DNA of 63,888 nt, counting the filler, from Syncephalis fuscata S228 (taxonomy: Eukaryota > Fungi > Zoopagomycota): the NCBI GenBank assembly GCA_025786725.1. It is 3 parts of 3 records of this genome, joined end to end, with 100 filler letters (N's around TTAATTAATTAA, not from the genome) between each part and the next. Parts side by side here need not be neighbours in the genome. Positions count along the whole stretch, not along the records: positions 1 to 26,170 come from JAHLTZ010000112.1; positions 26,271 to 44,907 come from JAHLTZ010000181.1; 1 more part is not named here. One strand, given 5' to 3'. The notes beneath the pieces were generated by a model. That model made no database searches. It was not told where the DNA came from and worked only from the letters and a program-made list of their open reading frames with translations. Below are positions 25,130-37,960 of this stretch, piece by piece. Position 1 is the first letter of the stretch; every line of letters begins with the position of its first letter. A program made the position numbers and the translations under genes.

Positions 25130-25625
25130 TATTTAGCATTCTATATATCATTCTATACCCGCCTAGCCTTCCTCTATCTAAAGCTATTTTTATTTTTATT
25201 CTAGCTTTATTATTAATAAAGCTCAAATCATTTTAACTCATTCATTTAAAAGCCATATGTAATTGAAACCTATAAAAATGGAATATGTCTAATATGTCAT
25301 ATAATGATATGTGATAATATATAATAAAATAGAAAAATATATGCACACTGAATATATGTATATTGGATAACGAATCTATGATGACGAGTATTTGATGATT
25401 GATGTCACTCACCACCCATCATCATGTTCAATAGATTCAATATTATTAAATGTTAGTCATTTGACCACCAAGCAAACAATAAATGTGATGATGTAATGAT
25501 TAAATAAAACTCACCACTTGTCCCATGTTTAATAGATTGAATGTGCAGTTCAATTGCGCGAATATTATTAAAAATAGTCATTTGACCACCAAACAATAAT
25601 AGATTATTAATAATAAAAAATAAAA
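25130..25625. mobile_element. Truncated copy (internal part plus right arm) of the long-TIR repeat family
   Basis: 25140-25460 aligns directly with about 1000-1080 and 1225-1490. 25440-25612 is the near-exact reverse complement of 556-727. Confidence 0.75.
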
Positions 25626-26170
25626 AATGAAATGGAATTAGCTATTGATAACTTTGCTTATTTCTCAAACACTAATAATTTAAATGTTTAAGATATATGT
25701 AGTGCACAACAATTAAATAGTTGGAACTAGTTTGTATTTATATATATATTGTCTAAAAAATGTAAACATTTAATAATTCTAATCGATTAAGCATTGCATT
25801 TAAAGTGGGCAATGTCGTTATCGGTGTATATGTAGTGTATATAATTATTGTATATATGTATATGATTCTAGAGGTAGGCTTATGTATTGATCCACCTGTA
25901 AAATTTAATACGTTATTGTATAAAATTTAAAAGTGGCCAGAATTCGTCAAGAATCCAATAAGCTGTATTGTTTGGTATCGGAAAAGGTAATCATCATGCA
26001 ATTTCTTCAAGTGGTTGTGTGCAATTCTTGTAAAAATGATACACAAACACAAACTGTAAGAGTACAAACAGATTTGCATTTAACTAAAAAAATCAGACTT
26101 TGCTTATAAAGCTGAATCATATAAAAAAATAGCCAAATGGCGGAAATCATGTCAAGGAAATAAAACAAAA

Positions 26171-26270
26171 NNNNNNNNNNNNNNNNNNNNNNNNNNNNNN
26201 NNNNNNNNNNNNNNTTAATTAATTAANNNNNNNNNNNNNNNNNNNNNNNNNNNNNNNNNNNNNNNNNNNN
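26171..26270. other. Artificial contig spacer
   Basis: 44 N + TTAATTAATTAA (stops in all six frames) + 44 N. Confidence 0.97.
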
Positions 26271-26414
26271 GCATGTGTCATTGCCACTTTACACGCACGG
26301 CAGCCAGGTCTTTCTTCAATCGACAAACATGTAACGTTAGGCAGACAGCCTGACGTGCCAGTGCCTAGAAATATTACTTCTACCAGGCAAGGCTTGTTGC
26401 GATTCAAGTAACAT
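26271..26414 (-). CDS. Metallo-beta-lactamase-fold hydrolase (PhnP-like), N-terminal fragment cut by the spacer
   Basis: VEVIFLGTGTSGCLPNVTCL......C..C. Nearest ATG (26414) is out of frame, implying a probable 1-bp indel near 26388. Confidence 0.7.
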
Positions 26415-26533
26415 TATATATTGGTGAAAGAGTACAGGAAAAAATAAAGGACGTATTGGTGCAGGATAATAATATAAATCTGGGATTACCTTTACTGATT
26501 TCAACTAAAGCCAAATTGCCATTTCAACAATAA

Positions 26534-26833
26534 GGGGAGGCGTGGTGGCCTAAACGGTCAACGCGTCTTCCCTAAAGTAGGAAAATGTTGGTTCGCCTAG
26601 TTCGAATCTTGTTTTCAGGAAATGCGTGATGGGATCCTTCCGTAGAAGAAATGGTCGATATTCCAACACGTGAGGAGAGCCACCAACGGTTTCAGTTGTA
26701 GATGGCAGGTTCTGCGTTGCGCGCGGATAGGTTCGAAATGAACCGTCTATTCTCCTAGGGTGGCAGACAAATGCTGCAAATGCGCGGTTAGGTCCTACGG
26801 ACCGTTGTCTCACTTAAGCTAATAAATCCAAAT
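26534..26833 (+). mobile_element. tRNA-derived SINE, full length, with 23-bp target-site duplication
   Basis: CCAAATTGCCATTTCAACAATAA at 26511-26533 and again at 26834-26856. Pol III A box TGGCCTAAACGG and B box GTTCGAATC. 3' hairpin GGTCC-TAC-GGACC. Tail AATAAATCCAAAT. Clearly GC-richer than its flanks. Confidence 0.88.
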
Positions 26834-28123
26834 CCAAATTGCCATTTCAACAATAACATTATTGAATTACTTGATACTAAAGCTGTTGCTGCAAATTATT
26901 GTGTTGCAAATACTAATTGACTTCATTCTGTTAAAGCTGCACTTTTATCATTACACTATTCTACGTATATTTTATCATATGGTATCTCAATGAATCAATC
27001 AGTAAGATATCGGTAATGTAATACCGATATTTTATATAGTAGATTAACTGAGTTCTAATTTCATGGTAATATACATATTGTGCATATTTTACTAATTAAT
27101 ATACATTATCCATTCGCCATACTAAATATCGTTTTATTATGTTAGTCGTATCTATAAACTACTCAAATAGCTATATAAACAATGTTATTATCCAATAAAG
27201 AAAACTTACTGATTGTTACTTAGAATATTAATACGATTTTATTTATAATTAGTGTTTTAATGTTATTAAATAAATAGGAAAAGTGCATGTTTTACTAATG
27301 AATGTTTATTTGATAGCACACGCAATAGACAATATATATATATATATGTGTGTGTGTGTGGAGGGGAAAGAGTGTATAAATATTGAAGCATGCTATTGTG
27401 CGTGCAATCTTAGCAGATTAAGCGGGCATTGTAATCTGCGGACTGCATGACGCATGATATAATAATGGCCTGGGTCCCAATGGGTCGAAGAATACGCATT
27501 GATGTAGCGTACTAATAATGGCAAATCAAACTGGTTCTGCGTTCTGTGAGCACAATCATTAAAATAGTGTTTACTTGCTGATCGTTTAAAATTGTCCTAT
27601 CAAATCAAAGCGGAGTTTAAATAAAATAGTATGCAGAGTATGGATGCAGAACTAGCATATGGTCGCCTTGACAATATGAGGCGTTGGATTTATTCGCAGT
27701 TTACTAGGAAATGTGCTTAACGGGTCATTAATATACATATAGTATTAGTTGTAATTTATAGCAATGTAATAAACTAACATTAATAATAAACTAAATGTTT
27801 AGTTTTATTTAATAATGGCTATAAGGGCCAAAAATGAATAAGAAAACAAAAAAGTACTAAAGTAAAATATTAGAACATGCCACCAGTACGATGGCCGAAT
27901 CTTTGCTATAACTTTTATAACAATGATCGGTGCATAAAGAGTAGACCAAAGATTCTTAAATTATTATTGTTTGTGTAGCATTTGGCGGTGACAATGTGAT
28001 TGTTGGTCAACAACACAAAGAGAATTTAGAGGAATTTAACTTCTAGTCTTATATCCAGTTTTAAGTAGCACACTAGGTCTTAAAAACTTATTGTACGGTT
28101 TAAGTTATTGCTATACACTGACT

Positions 28124-29153
28124 CTATAATAGTGTCATATGCGAGACTGAGTGGGCTTGCGATGATTTTACGCCAAAAACTTTTGGCATAGGCATATTAC
28201 GAGCACAATTATTACTAACTGGAGCACTGAGTGACACGACTCGTTTACGCGAAGTGTCGCAATGATAAACTAAAATGGTTGAAGTTATTACCCTGAATCT
28301 TTGGTTAGTAAAATACATAGATAGTTGTTTAGTGGCTGCAAACTTACCAATCTGCGACAAAGAACATATCCGAATAGTTGCTGAATACTTTGGATAAAAT
28401 ACCGACTGCACAAATAACATTAAAACACACCACTAAACACATTGTTTGAATGCCATCGCGTGTTAACCGTTTCCACGCTTCAGAGCCGAACGCCTTGTAT
28501 TGTTTGTAGGCAATATAACAGACAATTCCCGAAAAAAGAATATTAATAGGAATAGTGACGCTAAACCAGTATAGAGGAACAATATCCGAATAGTGGACGA
28601 CACAGCCTCCATCGAGCTCTGTAGTGGCCCATGAGAACGCAAGGAAAAAAGGTATGAATATCAGTAATGGTACCATAAGTATAATACCAACAATTAGAAT
28701 CCATTGCTTTTTTAAAAGGATAAGATATGCTTTTTGTAACATAATGGCAGTGGTGCTTACGCTTGAGAGAGCGCAAGCAATGCTAAAATACCAAATTGAT
28801 ACTCGACAGTTTAATACGTCGAAAAGATAGAGAACTACAACGGTTGTCCAGCCAATGCCAAGCAGCGATGATATTAAGCAGCACCATCCCGATAGAATCT
28901 GTGGCCGACTTATCGTCATACGCAATGAAATCAGAAGATTTTGTGCAAATATAAAAGTAATAAATATGTTTGCAACAGTTTGAACATAAAGGCTTGCTAG
29001 TCGGGTATGGGCAGCACGTAGATCGCCTGATGTTTCTGCTATGTACTCGTACATATATTTTTCACCAGTTGGATGAAGAGGAACACCCAGCAAATGAGTG
29101 GCATTGTGCATCCATTCTGTATCCTTGCCGTCAAATACAAAGTTGGTATTCAT
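28124..29153 (-). CDS. Lineage-specific 7TM (GPCR-like) membrane protein, paralogue 1 (2 exons; intron 28293-28347)
   Basis: Seven hydrophobic segments. Family motifs LG..LHP.GEK, NCR, LQKAYL, GC..Y, W......PIN.LFS, FGSEAWK.L.RDGIQTM are shared with the two paralogues below. Confidence 0.75.
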
Positions 29154-30604
29154 ATTTTTATATAAAAAATGTATACAAGCAGGATATGAAATGTAGAAAC
29201 AAGTAACAGAAATAAAAACGGCTTATTAAAAAAATTTATAATGTGCCCAGAGTCAGAGTTTATGGGCGATGAGGGGCACGAGTTTTTTTGTTAACCAATG
29301 GAAGAACAATGAAAGCTGGTTTATAGCCATGCAAAAAAACAACGCACGTTACAGCAGAAATTTGACAACACGCCTATGGCATGCATTAGTTTGCGTCCAT
29401 GCGCTCCATGCAAAGTTACTGAATTGTTTTACCATAGAATTTGAATACTATTACTATAGTGGGCTGTGGCGTCTCTTCTTGAATGTCGCAGCTATGGCAT
29501 CATATGGTATAGCGGGACAAGCGCAGGTAAATAAAAGAATAGGTTTATTTGAATTCTACAGTAGGGGCCTACATAGTACCAAAAAATATGACTAAAATAG
29601 AAGTTATTACAAAGGAATACAAAGGCATATGAAGGAGCTATCAATTTCCAAAAATGCTAATTACGTATAGACAATGAGTCATTTGTGATTGTTTTAATTA
29701 TGCATACACTTTGCAATCTGATTCGGTGATTGTTCATTGTTCCAAATTTATGCCTTTTACAAATCTAGCCTATTGAACATTAACCAATATAAATAAATTT
29801 GGTAAACCATTAAAATGTTTCTCTATTTATATCTATGATGAAATAATTGTAATATTGTTTATATTTTACTAAAGGTTATTTATCATATGCACTCATTATG
29901 TTCACTCAATAGTATGCACTTGGCTTTACTATTATTATTTGTGTGTGTTTTTTATTCATTTGGGACTGATATCGTTTTATTATAAGTAAAAGGATTTACT
30001 AGAAATTTGCATACGCAATATACATTAGTCAATTTTCTACCAATGATTATGTCGCAACTTAACATCCTGCATTTGTATATTGTTTTGTATGCCATAAGCA
30101 CGATATCTATTATGATAGTTATTTTATTGAATTAAAACTAATTAATAAAATAGCTAATCAAAATCATTCATATAAATAGTTTAGCAAAATCAGTAGTTTT
30201 ACAACATTTGCCTGATGAAAGCTGGTCTTATTAATTTTTAAACTCCGTTACGACTTGCATAAATCCGGTCAGAGTTTAAGTTTATTTTTTTATTTCCAAA
30301 AAAGTATGGAGTTAAAGTAAAATAGTTCCCCTTCCTAAATGATATAAGTGTTATCAAATACTAACCAACTATATTGTAAGCCATTCAATACCGTTGTAAT
30401 ATTAGCAATGTGTTTATTGTTTTAATCCAAATATAATAGCAGTAATATGTTATAGTTTATTAAGTAAATATAATTATTTTTTTTACAGATATTAACATAT
30501 TGCAGTTAGTTACATTTAATGCAGATACATTGACATTGCTCATTTTAACAATAATATCAGCGGTCTATTTATATTATTTTCAGTATACTAATATTAAATA
30601 ATTT

Positions 30605-31640
30605 ATTAGTCATTATTGTTTTGTTTGGTGGTCAAATAACTATTTTAATAACATCCAATCTATTGAACATGATGATGAGTGGTGAGTGACATTAGTAATC
30701 AGATACTCGTCATCATAGATTCGTTATTCAGTATGCATATATCATCACAGTATGTGTTATTACTATATATACCCGTCACTTTGCTTGATCAACATTAAAA
30801 TCATAACTAGTTAGCATGATCTAGTTTATTTATAAATAATCTTAATAAAACATAACTCTGTTCATATTCATATTATTTGTTTTACCAATATAACTCAATA
30901 ACAAACTAAGTGCGATATGTCAATTTTATTAATAAAAGAGTTGGAATCATACTGATAACGGCTATAGACAGCGTATAGCCAATATATAATAAAATAATAA
31001 ACATTATAATGAATATGCAATATTGAACGATATTAGCAATGTTCAAGTTGTTGAGTATATATGCATGAGCAGATGACCAACATTAGTCAAACTTTATTAA
31101 TAATAGAGCTAGAGCAAAAATAAAAAGCAGTTTGGATAAAGGAAAATTGGGCGAGTATATAATGATATATAAAATGATAAATGTACGGTAAGTATAAAAT
31201 GATGTTAAAGTTACAGCGTATATAATGCAATAAGTGGAATGAGTAAAGTATATAGAAGCATATAAACAATAGAATGTGTCTAATATATTGTAGAATGCTA
31301 TATAATAGTATATAGTGTAATGGGAACGATATAAATAAATAAACTATATATGTGTACTGGATATATGAATACTGAATAATAAATCTATGATGACGAGTAT
31401 TTTGGACCCTGATGTAAATTACTCTTAGTTTCATGTTCAATAAAAAGAAAGTTTAATTTAAATGTGTGAATATTATTCAATGTAGTCACTTGACCACCAA
31501 ACAAACGACAAATGTGATGATTTAATTATTACTATTTTTACCATTCGTTTCCATGTTTATTAAAACGGAAATATTTAATTTAAATGTGTGAATATTATCA
31601 AGTTTAATCATTTGACACTTAAACAAACAATAAATGACTA
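30605..31640. mobile_element. Long-TIR repeat family, near-complete copy in opposite orientation to 545-1500
   Basis: GGTGGTCAAATAACTA...CTATTGAACATG arm at 30620-30740; inverted arm modules at 31375-31630; internal part is the reverse complement of about 850-1200. Confidence 0.7.
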
Positions 31641-32128
31641 GTAAATTGTTTAATGTACAAAAAAGAAGGTTATTTTTATTTAATTAATAAATGAGATAAT
31701 ATATACAATATTCTAATATAAACCATAAATCAAATGACATTGTACATAAAAAGACTACGAACAAATTGAAATATAGAGGTGGGAATTGTTCAAGTGATGG
31801 AATAAATGAAAGAATAGAAATCAGTTGCATAAAATCAAGTATATTCATAAAACAATGTCATCAACAAAACAATGTCAACATTGCCAAAAAAGTATTTTGA
31901 TGAATTACTATCTGAAAATTACCGCCACGTAACATTTTTAGAAAGGCACAGCGATGAGTTACTAGCTATATAAATAAATAAAATGTATCCGTTTTAACAA
32001 GTCTGAATCTATCACAATTGTGCGCACACATTATTTGGCCTTTAAAAACAATCTACAATTTACAACTCACCTTATCTCCGGCTTTTCTCCTTCTTTTGCT
32101 TTTAGTTTGGACTAGTAAACTTACGAAT

Positions 32129-33091
32129 ATGTCGCAATACAAGTTGGCAGCCTTGCCCGCTACAGGACCAGTGCAAATTGCGATTATTGGTGGCTCTGGT
32201 CTGTATAAACTTGAAGGACTAGAGGTTGTTGAGGAAATTAATCCCACAACACCATGGGGACAGCCTTCAGATCCCATTGCCATTGCTCAAACGCAAGACG
32301 GCCACCGCGTGGCGTTTCTTGCGCGACATGGCAAGGGTCATGCCTTCAACCCGTCGGAAGTACCTTTTCGCGCAAATATTGCTGCGTTGAAAGCTATCGG
32401 CGTCCGTGCAATTCTTGCATTTTCCGCTGTTGGCTCTCTTCGGGAAGAAATCCGTCCTGGCGATTTTGTCCTGCCTGATCAGCTTATCGATCGTACTAAA
32501 GGCATCCGTGCATCAACTTTTTTCGAGAAAGGAGCTCCGGGCCATGCTCCATTTGCTGATCCATTCCACGCAAATTTAGCAGGTCTAGTTGAGCGGGAAG
32601 CGGCCAATGCGCTACCCAACTTAAAAATACATCGTGAAAAGACGCTAGTTTGCATGGAGGGTCCGGCTTTCTCAACTCGTGCTGAATCACGTCTATACCG
32701 CAACTGGGGTGGCGATGTTATTAACATGTCGGCCGTTCCAGAAGCAAAACTAGCGCGCGAGGCGGAAATTGCCTACCAAATGGTTTGCATGTCGACTGAC
32801 TATGATTGTTGGCGCGTTGGCGAGGAGGACGTCACAGTGCAAGGTGTGATGCAGACCATGGCCGGCAATTCTCAAAATGCACGACTATTACTTCACGCGT
32901 TATTGCCAGCATTGAATGCGGCAATGGATGCCGATACAACTGTAATGTCCGATGCAAGTGCCACGTTGCCCAATAGTCATTTCATGGGTGATATTTCTGG
33001 TTGTATGAAGTTTGCATGTATGGCTCAGCCAGATGCGATGCCGGCAGAAACCCGTGCCGCGTTGCACTACATCTTGTCAAATTATTTTTAA
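32129..33091 (+). CDS. MEU1: S-methyl-5'-thioadenosine phosphorylase (MTAP/Meu1), intronless
   Basis: IAIIGGSGLY, TPWGQPSD, FLARHG, PFRANIAALK, CMEGPAFSTRAES, INMSAVPEAKLAREAEI, STDYDCW. First in-frame ATG is 32129. Confidence 0.96.
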   Translation: MSQYKLAALPATGPVQIAIIGGSGLYKLEGLEVVEEINPTTPWGQPSDPIAIAQTQDGHRVAFLARHGKGHAFNPSEVPFRANIAALKAIGVRAILAFSAVGSLREEIRPGDFVLPDQLIDRTKGIRASTFFEKGAPGHAPFADPFHANLAGLVEREAANALPNLKIHREKTLVCMEGPAFSTRAESRLYRNWGGDVINMSAVPEAKLAREAEIAYQMVCMSTDYDCWRVGEEDVTVQGVMQTMAGNSQNARLLLHALLPALNAAMDADTTVMSDASATLPNSHFMGDISGCMKFACMAQPDAMPAETRAALHYILSNYF

Positions 33092-33817
33092 CGCATAGCT
33101 AAAAATGACTATTCCATTGTAGTGTTGTGTCGTATTGATAAATACTGACAAGTCATTAATCTAAATAAAAATTATTCTTATAATAAGAATGTTGGACAAA
33201 GTGTATTAATATGAATTTAAAAGTATGGTGTACTGTTTATTGTCAAAGAAATATAGAGTACTTTATAGCTGCTTGAACATAAGGAGCAAGTATAAATATA
33301 TTATCATTAGAATTATTGATATTTGTAACACATCTTTTATTCACAATTTTTAAGTGTTATTTCTTTTATTATTATTTAAAATAACTTTTTTGAAGATATT
33401 AGCGCATTGTAATGTCATTATTAAAATGGCTAATTTCAATATTGCGTACACAAACTACAGATAAACATTAGTTATACATATATACTATTGCAGTAGTATC
33501 TATGGTGTCTAATGATTTAATATTGTATTTGGTAAATTGAACAATTGGATAGTCGTGACTGTGTTATTCTGGTACATACAACAACAAATTTAAAAGTAGC
33601 TTAAATCGACATTAACATGCTACTGATACAAAAATAATCGTTAAACTAATACTTGTATTATGCTATTTTATTGTGATTCATATGACATGCTATTAAAACT
33701 AGCCAACACAGCCGAATAATGGCTTAAACGGCTGCTATCTAGTTATAGTATGATATACAGCATTAATTGAAGCAATAAATAGTTTAATGCATCAATTCGT
33801 CGATTTGCAGTGGTAAT

Positions 33818-34775
33818 CTAATTTAAATGAAGTATATGTTCGGTTTTTGGACGATGAGTATACTTTGTGCTTTTGCCAAAATATCGGCAATGGTTGATCA
33901 ATATTGTTGTAACGACCACACTAGTTATTTATAAGCTACATTTATATACATACTGTTACCACTTACCTATCTACAACAAAAAGCGTATCAGCATTGATTT
34001 TGTTTTTAGACGAAATAATGACAACAGAACAAATGATGCTGCATAACGTGGCCAAAAGCATTGTCTGTATTCCATCGCGTGCCAGTTTCTTCCATGCCTC
34101 TGATCCAAATGAACGATATTGTTTTAGAGCGATATGGCAAAAGATAGCTGAGAATAGCAGGTTAATTGGTACATTGACTGCGAACCAGTACCAAAGTATA
34201 ACCTCAAGGTAATAGATAGTGCAGCCAGTCGTTTCTTTAAAACTAATAAAACTAAAATAGATAACAATGAGTGGATATGCAAGTTGCGCTGCTATAGCGG
34301 GAGCGCTAACATACAATATCCATTTTTGTCGACAAAGCACTAAATATGCCTTCTGAAGCAGTATTAGACTATTGCCGACCATCATGAATGCTATATTAAA
34401 TGAACTAATCCATATTATAGTTCGGCAGTTGATTTGGAAAAACGTGTACATTAACACCATTACCAAAGCAATTATGCTATTTAAAGCGGAAGGGATTAGA
34501 CAGAGCCACGACACCATGTTGCGAGGTCGCATTACGACCATCCTACTAGCAATAACAAGGTTGCGTACAAATGTCCAAAACAGTACAACCTCTAATGCCA
34601 TCAGGAATTGCATACCAAACAGTCGAAGACGTTGTTTAGAAATGCCATCACTGCTTTCCATAAAGAAGTCAAATATGTTTTTTTCGCCAAGTGGATGAAG
34701 ACGAGCACCTAGCTGTTTTATGTCGCTGTTCATCCATTCATTGTAGTCTGGACTAGTATAATTAATGAATGGCAT
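33818..34775 (-). CDS. 7TM (GPCR-like) paralogue 2 (2 exons; intron 33921-33966)
   Basis: Same family motifs and intron position as paralogue 1. Exon 2 reads VVVTTILINHC...RPKTEHILHLN*. Confidence 0.75.
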
Positions 34776-35989
34776 TATTTACAGATAGTATGTATGTATG
34801 GCAATGATACGATATACAATGATAGATATGTTAGTGTAAAATAGAAAGAGTTGGCTGAACAATTAAAAAAAGCAGATACGGCTCAGGAGCACAATTTGTA
34901 GCTGTTGAGTTCTAAGTATAGTCTTAAAGAATCAACAATTTCAATAAACCTGATGTACATTTTAGGAAATATCACATGGTTTAAATGGTACTAAATGGGA
35001 CAGCGGCATGTACAGTGCATTATTCAGAGTCATATGGCATTAAAACCATCGGCTATGCATCGGTATGGGCATAGGCCTAGTTGAATGGATAATCGCAAGA
35101 TAATCATAATAATAGTGTAGTGTGACAATTACGAGATTTTTTTAATAAAACTTGTCTAAGATACACATACATGGCTAACATACCACACCAGTATTAGCTT
35201 TTATTACAAGTATCTATTGATGCAATATTCAATAAATGACATACTTTTCCTGTCCAACATTCATTTCTATCTAGCTACGTATAAGAACATTTACCTATAT
35301 ATCTCACATATTGATTGAACATCAATTACGGCATTGTTTAACAACGGAATGATTGAGGTGGTTTAACAGGGCAAAGTTATTTGCACCAACTAAATCAAAG
35401 ACAAATATAGTTACGAATTTGACTAATCATTACATGTCATAATATCATTGACTGTTGAATGGTCATACTAGGCGGTATATCAATTTTGACTCATACCGTA
35501 TGGAGAAATTGGTTATATAACTTGTTACATCTAATTTCCAAGGCAAAAGATAATGTATAACATAGAGGTCTAGACCAATTGCATCATTATAGCAGATAAT
35601 TATACATATAGCGCATTCTTTTATTGGATTTTGATGGTGGATGCGTATATTAAAATGAGCATTTTTGCAATGCTAATTTTGATTAATAATTACAATACAC
35701 TCTAATCACAAAATACTGACGTGAAAATGAAACAAGATAATAGTATAATTACTTCACCATGCTTATTCTGCCTAACGAATAGCCATTCGCTACAATATCA
35801 TTTGCTAAAATCCATGTTCTTAGTTGAACACGTTATGCATCTATAACAGTTATTATGCTGTTTTATTGTGATCCATATAGCATGCTACTAAAACTAGTCA
35901 GCACAAGTAAATAAGAATTTATACAACAGTTATATAATTGTAGTGTGCTATAAAGCATTAATTAAAATAATGAAAAGTAGTTCAATGCA

Positions 35990-36974
35990 TTATTTTGTCG
36001 ATTTTGCAGTGGCAATCTGAGATAAATGAAGTATATGATTAGTTTTTGGACGATGTTTATATTTAGCGCTTTTGCCAAAATCACGGCAATGGTTGATCAA
36101 TATTGTTGTAACGACCACACTAGTTATTTATAAGCTACATTTATATAAATACTGTTGCCACTTACCTATCTATAGCGAAAAACGTATCAGCATTGACTTT
36201 ATCTTTCAATAGAATAACGAGAATAGAACAAACGATGCTGCATAATGTGGCCAAAAGCATCGTTTGTATTCCATCGCGTGCCAGTTCCTTCCATGCTTCC
36301 GATCCAAATAAGCGATATTGTTTTAGGACAACATGACAAAAGATAGTCGAAAAGAGCAGATTAATTGGCACATTGATTGCAAACCAGTACCACATCAGGA
36401 ATTGAGGATAATATACTGTACAACCAACCATTTCTTCTAGACTAAAATAGCTACTGTAGATTAAAATGAGTGGAAATGCAAATTGGGCTATTATAGCGGG
36501 AATGCTGACATACAGTATCCATTTTTGTCGGCAAAGTACTAAATAAACCTTTTGAAGAAGTATTAGACTATTGCCAATCAATGTAGATGCTATGTTGAAT
36601 GTAATGCTGCATGTCATAACTCGACAGTTAACGGGGGAATCTACGTAGATAGATATGATTGCTAAAAGGATTGTAGTGCTCAACGTCGAGGAAATCAGAC
36701 AGCACCACGATACTATGCTGCGAGGCCGTGATACGACCATTCTAACGGCAATAGCAAAATTACGTCCAAATATACAAAGCATTATAATCTGTGCTACAAT
36801 CAGACTTTGTATGCCGAACAGTCGAAAACGTTGTTTGGAAATGTCACCGGTAGCTTCCATAAAAAAATCAAATATGTTTTTTTCGCCAAGTGGATGAAGA
36901 CGAGCACCTAGCTGTTTTATGTCGCTGTTCATCCATTCATTGTAGTCTGGACTAGTATAATTAATGAATGGCAT
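35990..36974 (-). CDS. 7TM (GPCR-like) paralogue 3, tandem duplicate of paralogue 2 (2 exons)
   Basis: Offset 2199 bp from paralogue 2; identical first 40 aa; homology extends into both flanks. Confidence 0.75.
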
Positions 36975-37597
36975 TATTTACAGATAGTATGTATGTATGG
37001 CAATGATACGATATACAATGATAGATATGTTAGTGTAAAATAGAAAGAGTTGGCTGAACAATTAAAAAAAGCAAGTGGGGCTTAAGAGTTTAACTCGTAG
37101 TTATCAAGTTCTAAGCATAGTATTAATGAACCAACACTTGTAATAAACCTGTTATGCATATCGAAAACTATCACATGGTTATATTGATACCAAATTGGGT
37201 AGCAGCATGTGTAGTGCATTATTCAGGATCATATAGCATTAGTATTACCGGCTGTGCATCAGTAGAAGCACAGGCCTTGTCGAGGATATATAGTAATGAT
37301 ATTGCAAAATAATCGGAATAATTTAGTATTATAGAATTATTAAAATTAGTTAAGATAAAAGTAAGTGTATTGACTAATCTTGCATACTATATGAACATAT
37401 ATTTTTTCTAGACATTATAGTAGCTACATCATATAATATTTTATAGTAAAAACACTACAATACGCCGATACAAAATAAAAAAAATCGATTTTTTAATTAT
37501 TCATCATGATCGATTTTGTAAAAAAGTTATTTACTGTACTGTCCGCTTTTAATAAAAATAGGTGGATTTCTTTGCTGTCCAAAGATATTTTTAAATT

Positions 37598-37960
37598 TTA
37601 TAAAAAACAATTATTGTTTTTGATGATAGTAACTTTGACGCGTTTATGAAAAAAGACTATCTGCCCTTACACGAAGAACCACTAAAGCTATCAAGCAAAT
37701 AGCCAATAAGTCTAATGGCTCTATTGAGTTTATTTGCGTTGATGAGTATAGGGCAAGTCAAGTTTGTAACAAGTGTAAAGGAGAGCTGGAAAAGATGGCG
37801 ACTATTGGGCCAAAGCGTAAAATAAATGCTGTACTCAAGTGCCAGTCTTGTGGTATGCTATGAAGCCGTGATGTAATGGCTGTTAAGAACATACACAATA
37901 TTTTTACATACAAAGCAAGAAATAACGATGAAAGCGATTGAATTTCGACATGAAAACAAC
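37598..37960 (+). pseudogene. Fanzor/TnpB-family RNA-guided nuclease, C-terminal RuvC-ZnF remnant
   Basis: Manual translation: KTIIVFDDSNF..(frameshift)..RLSALTRRTTKAIKQIANKSNGSIEFICVDEYRASQVCNKC-KGELEKMATIGPKRKINAVLK-CQSCGML*SRDVMAVKNIHNIF. Matches the DE..TS..C..C / C..C...W.RD..A..NI signature; TGA at 37861 sits at the Trp position. Confidence 0.85.

Noticed and set aside
26215-26226. TTAATTAATTAA palindrome inside N runs (also 44952-44963)
   Set aside because: Identical six-frame stop linker centred in 100-bp gaps; a pipeline spacer, not biology.
26534-26620. Functional tRNA, including tRNA-Sec given the SCLY-like gene
   Set aside because: A and B boxes are present but there is no acceptor stem, no clean 7-nt anticodon loop and no TCA anticodon; it is the head of a TSD-flanked insert.
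32018-32128. Hydrophobic N-terminal extension on MTAP
   Set aside because: It depends on a TTG start; the region is a pyrimidine-rich leader and homology begins after the ATG at 32129.
37861-37863. In-frame TGA read as selenocysteine or Trp
   Set aside because: It lies in a frameshifted, truncated relic at a conserved Trp position (TGG to TGA decay); TGA is a normal stop in neighbouring genes.
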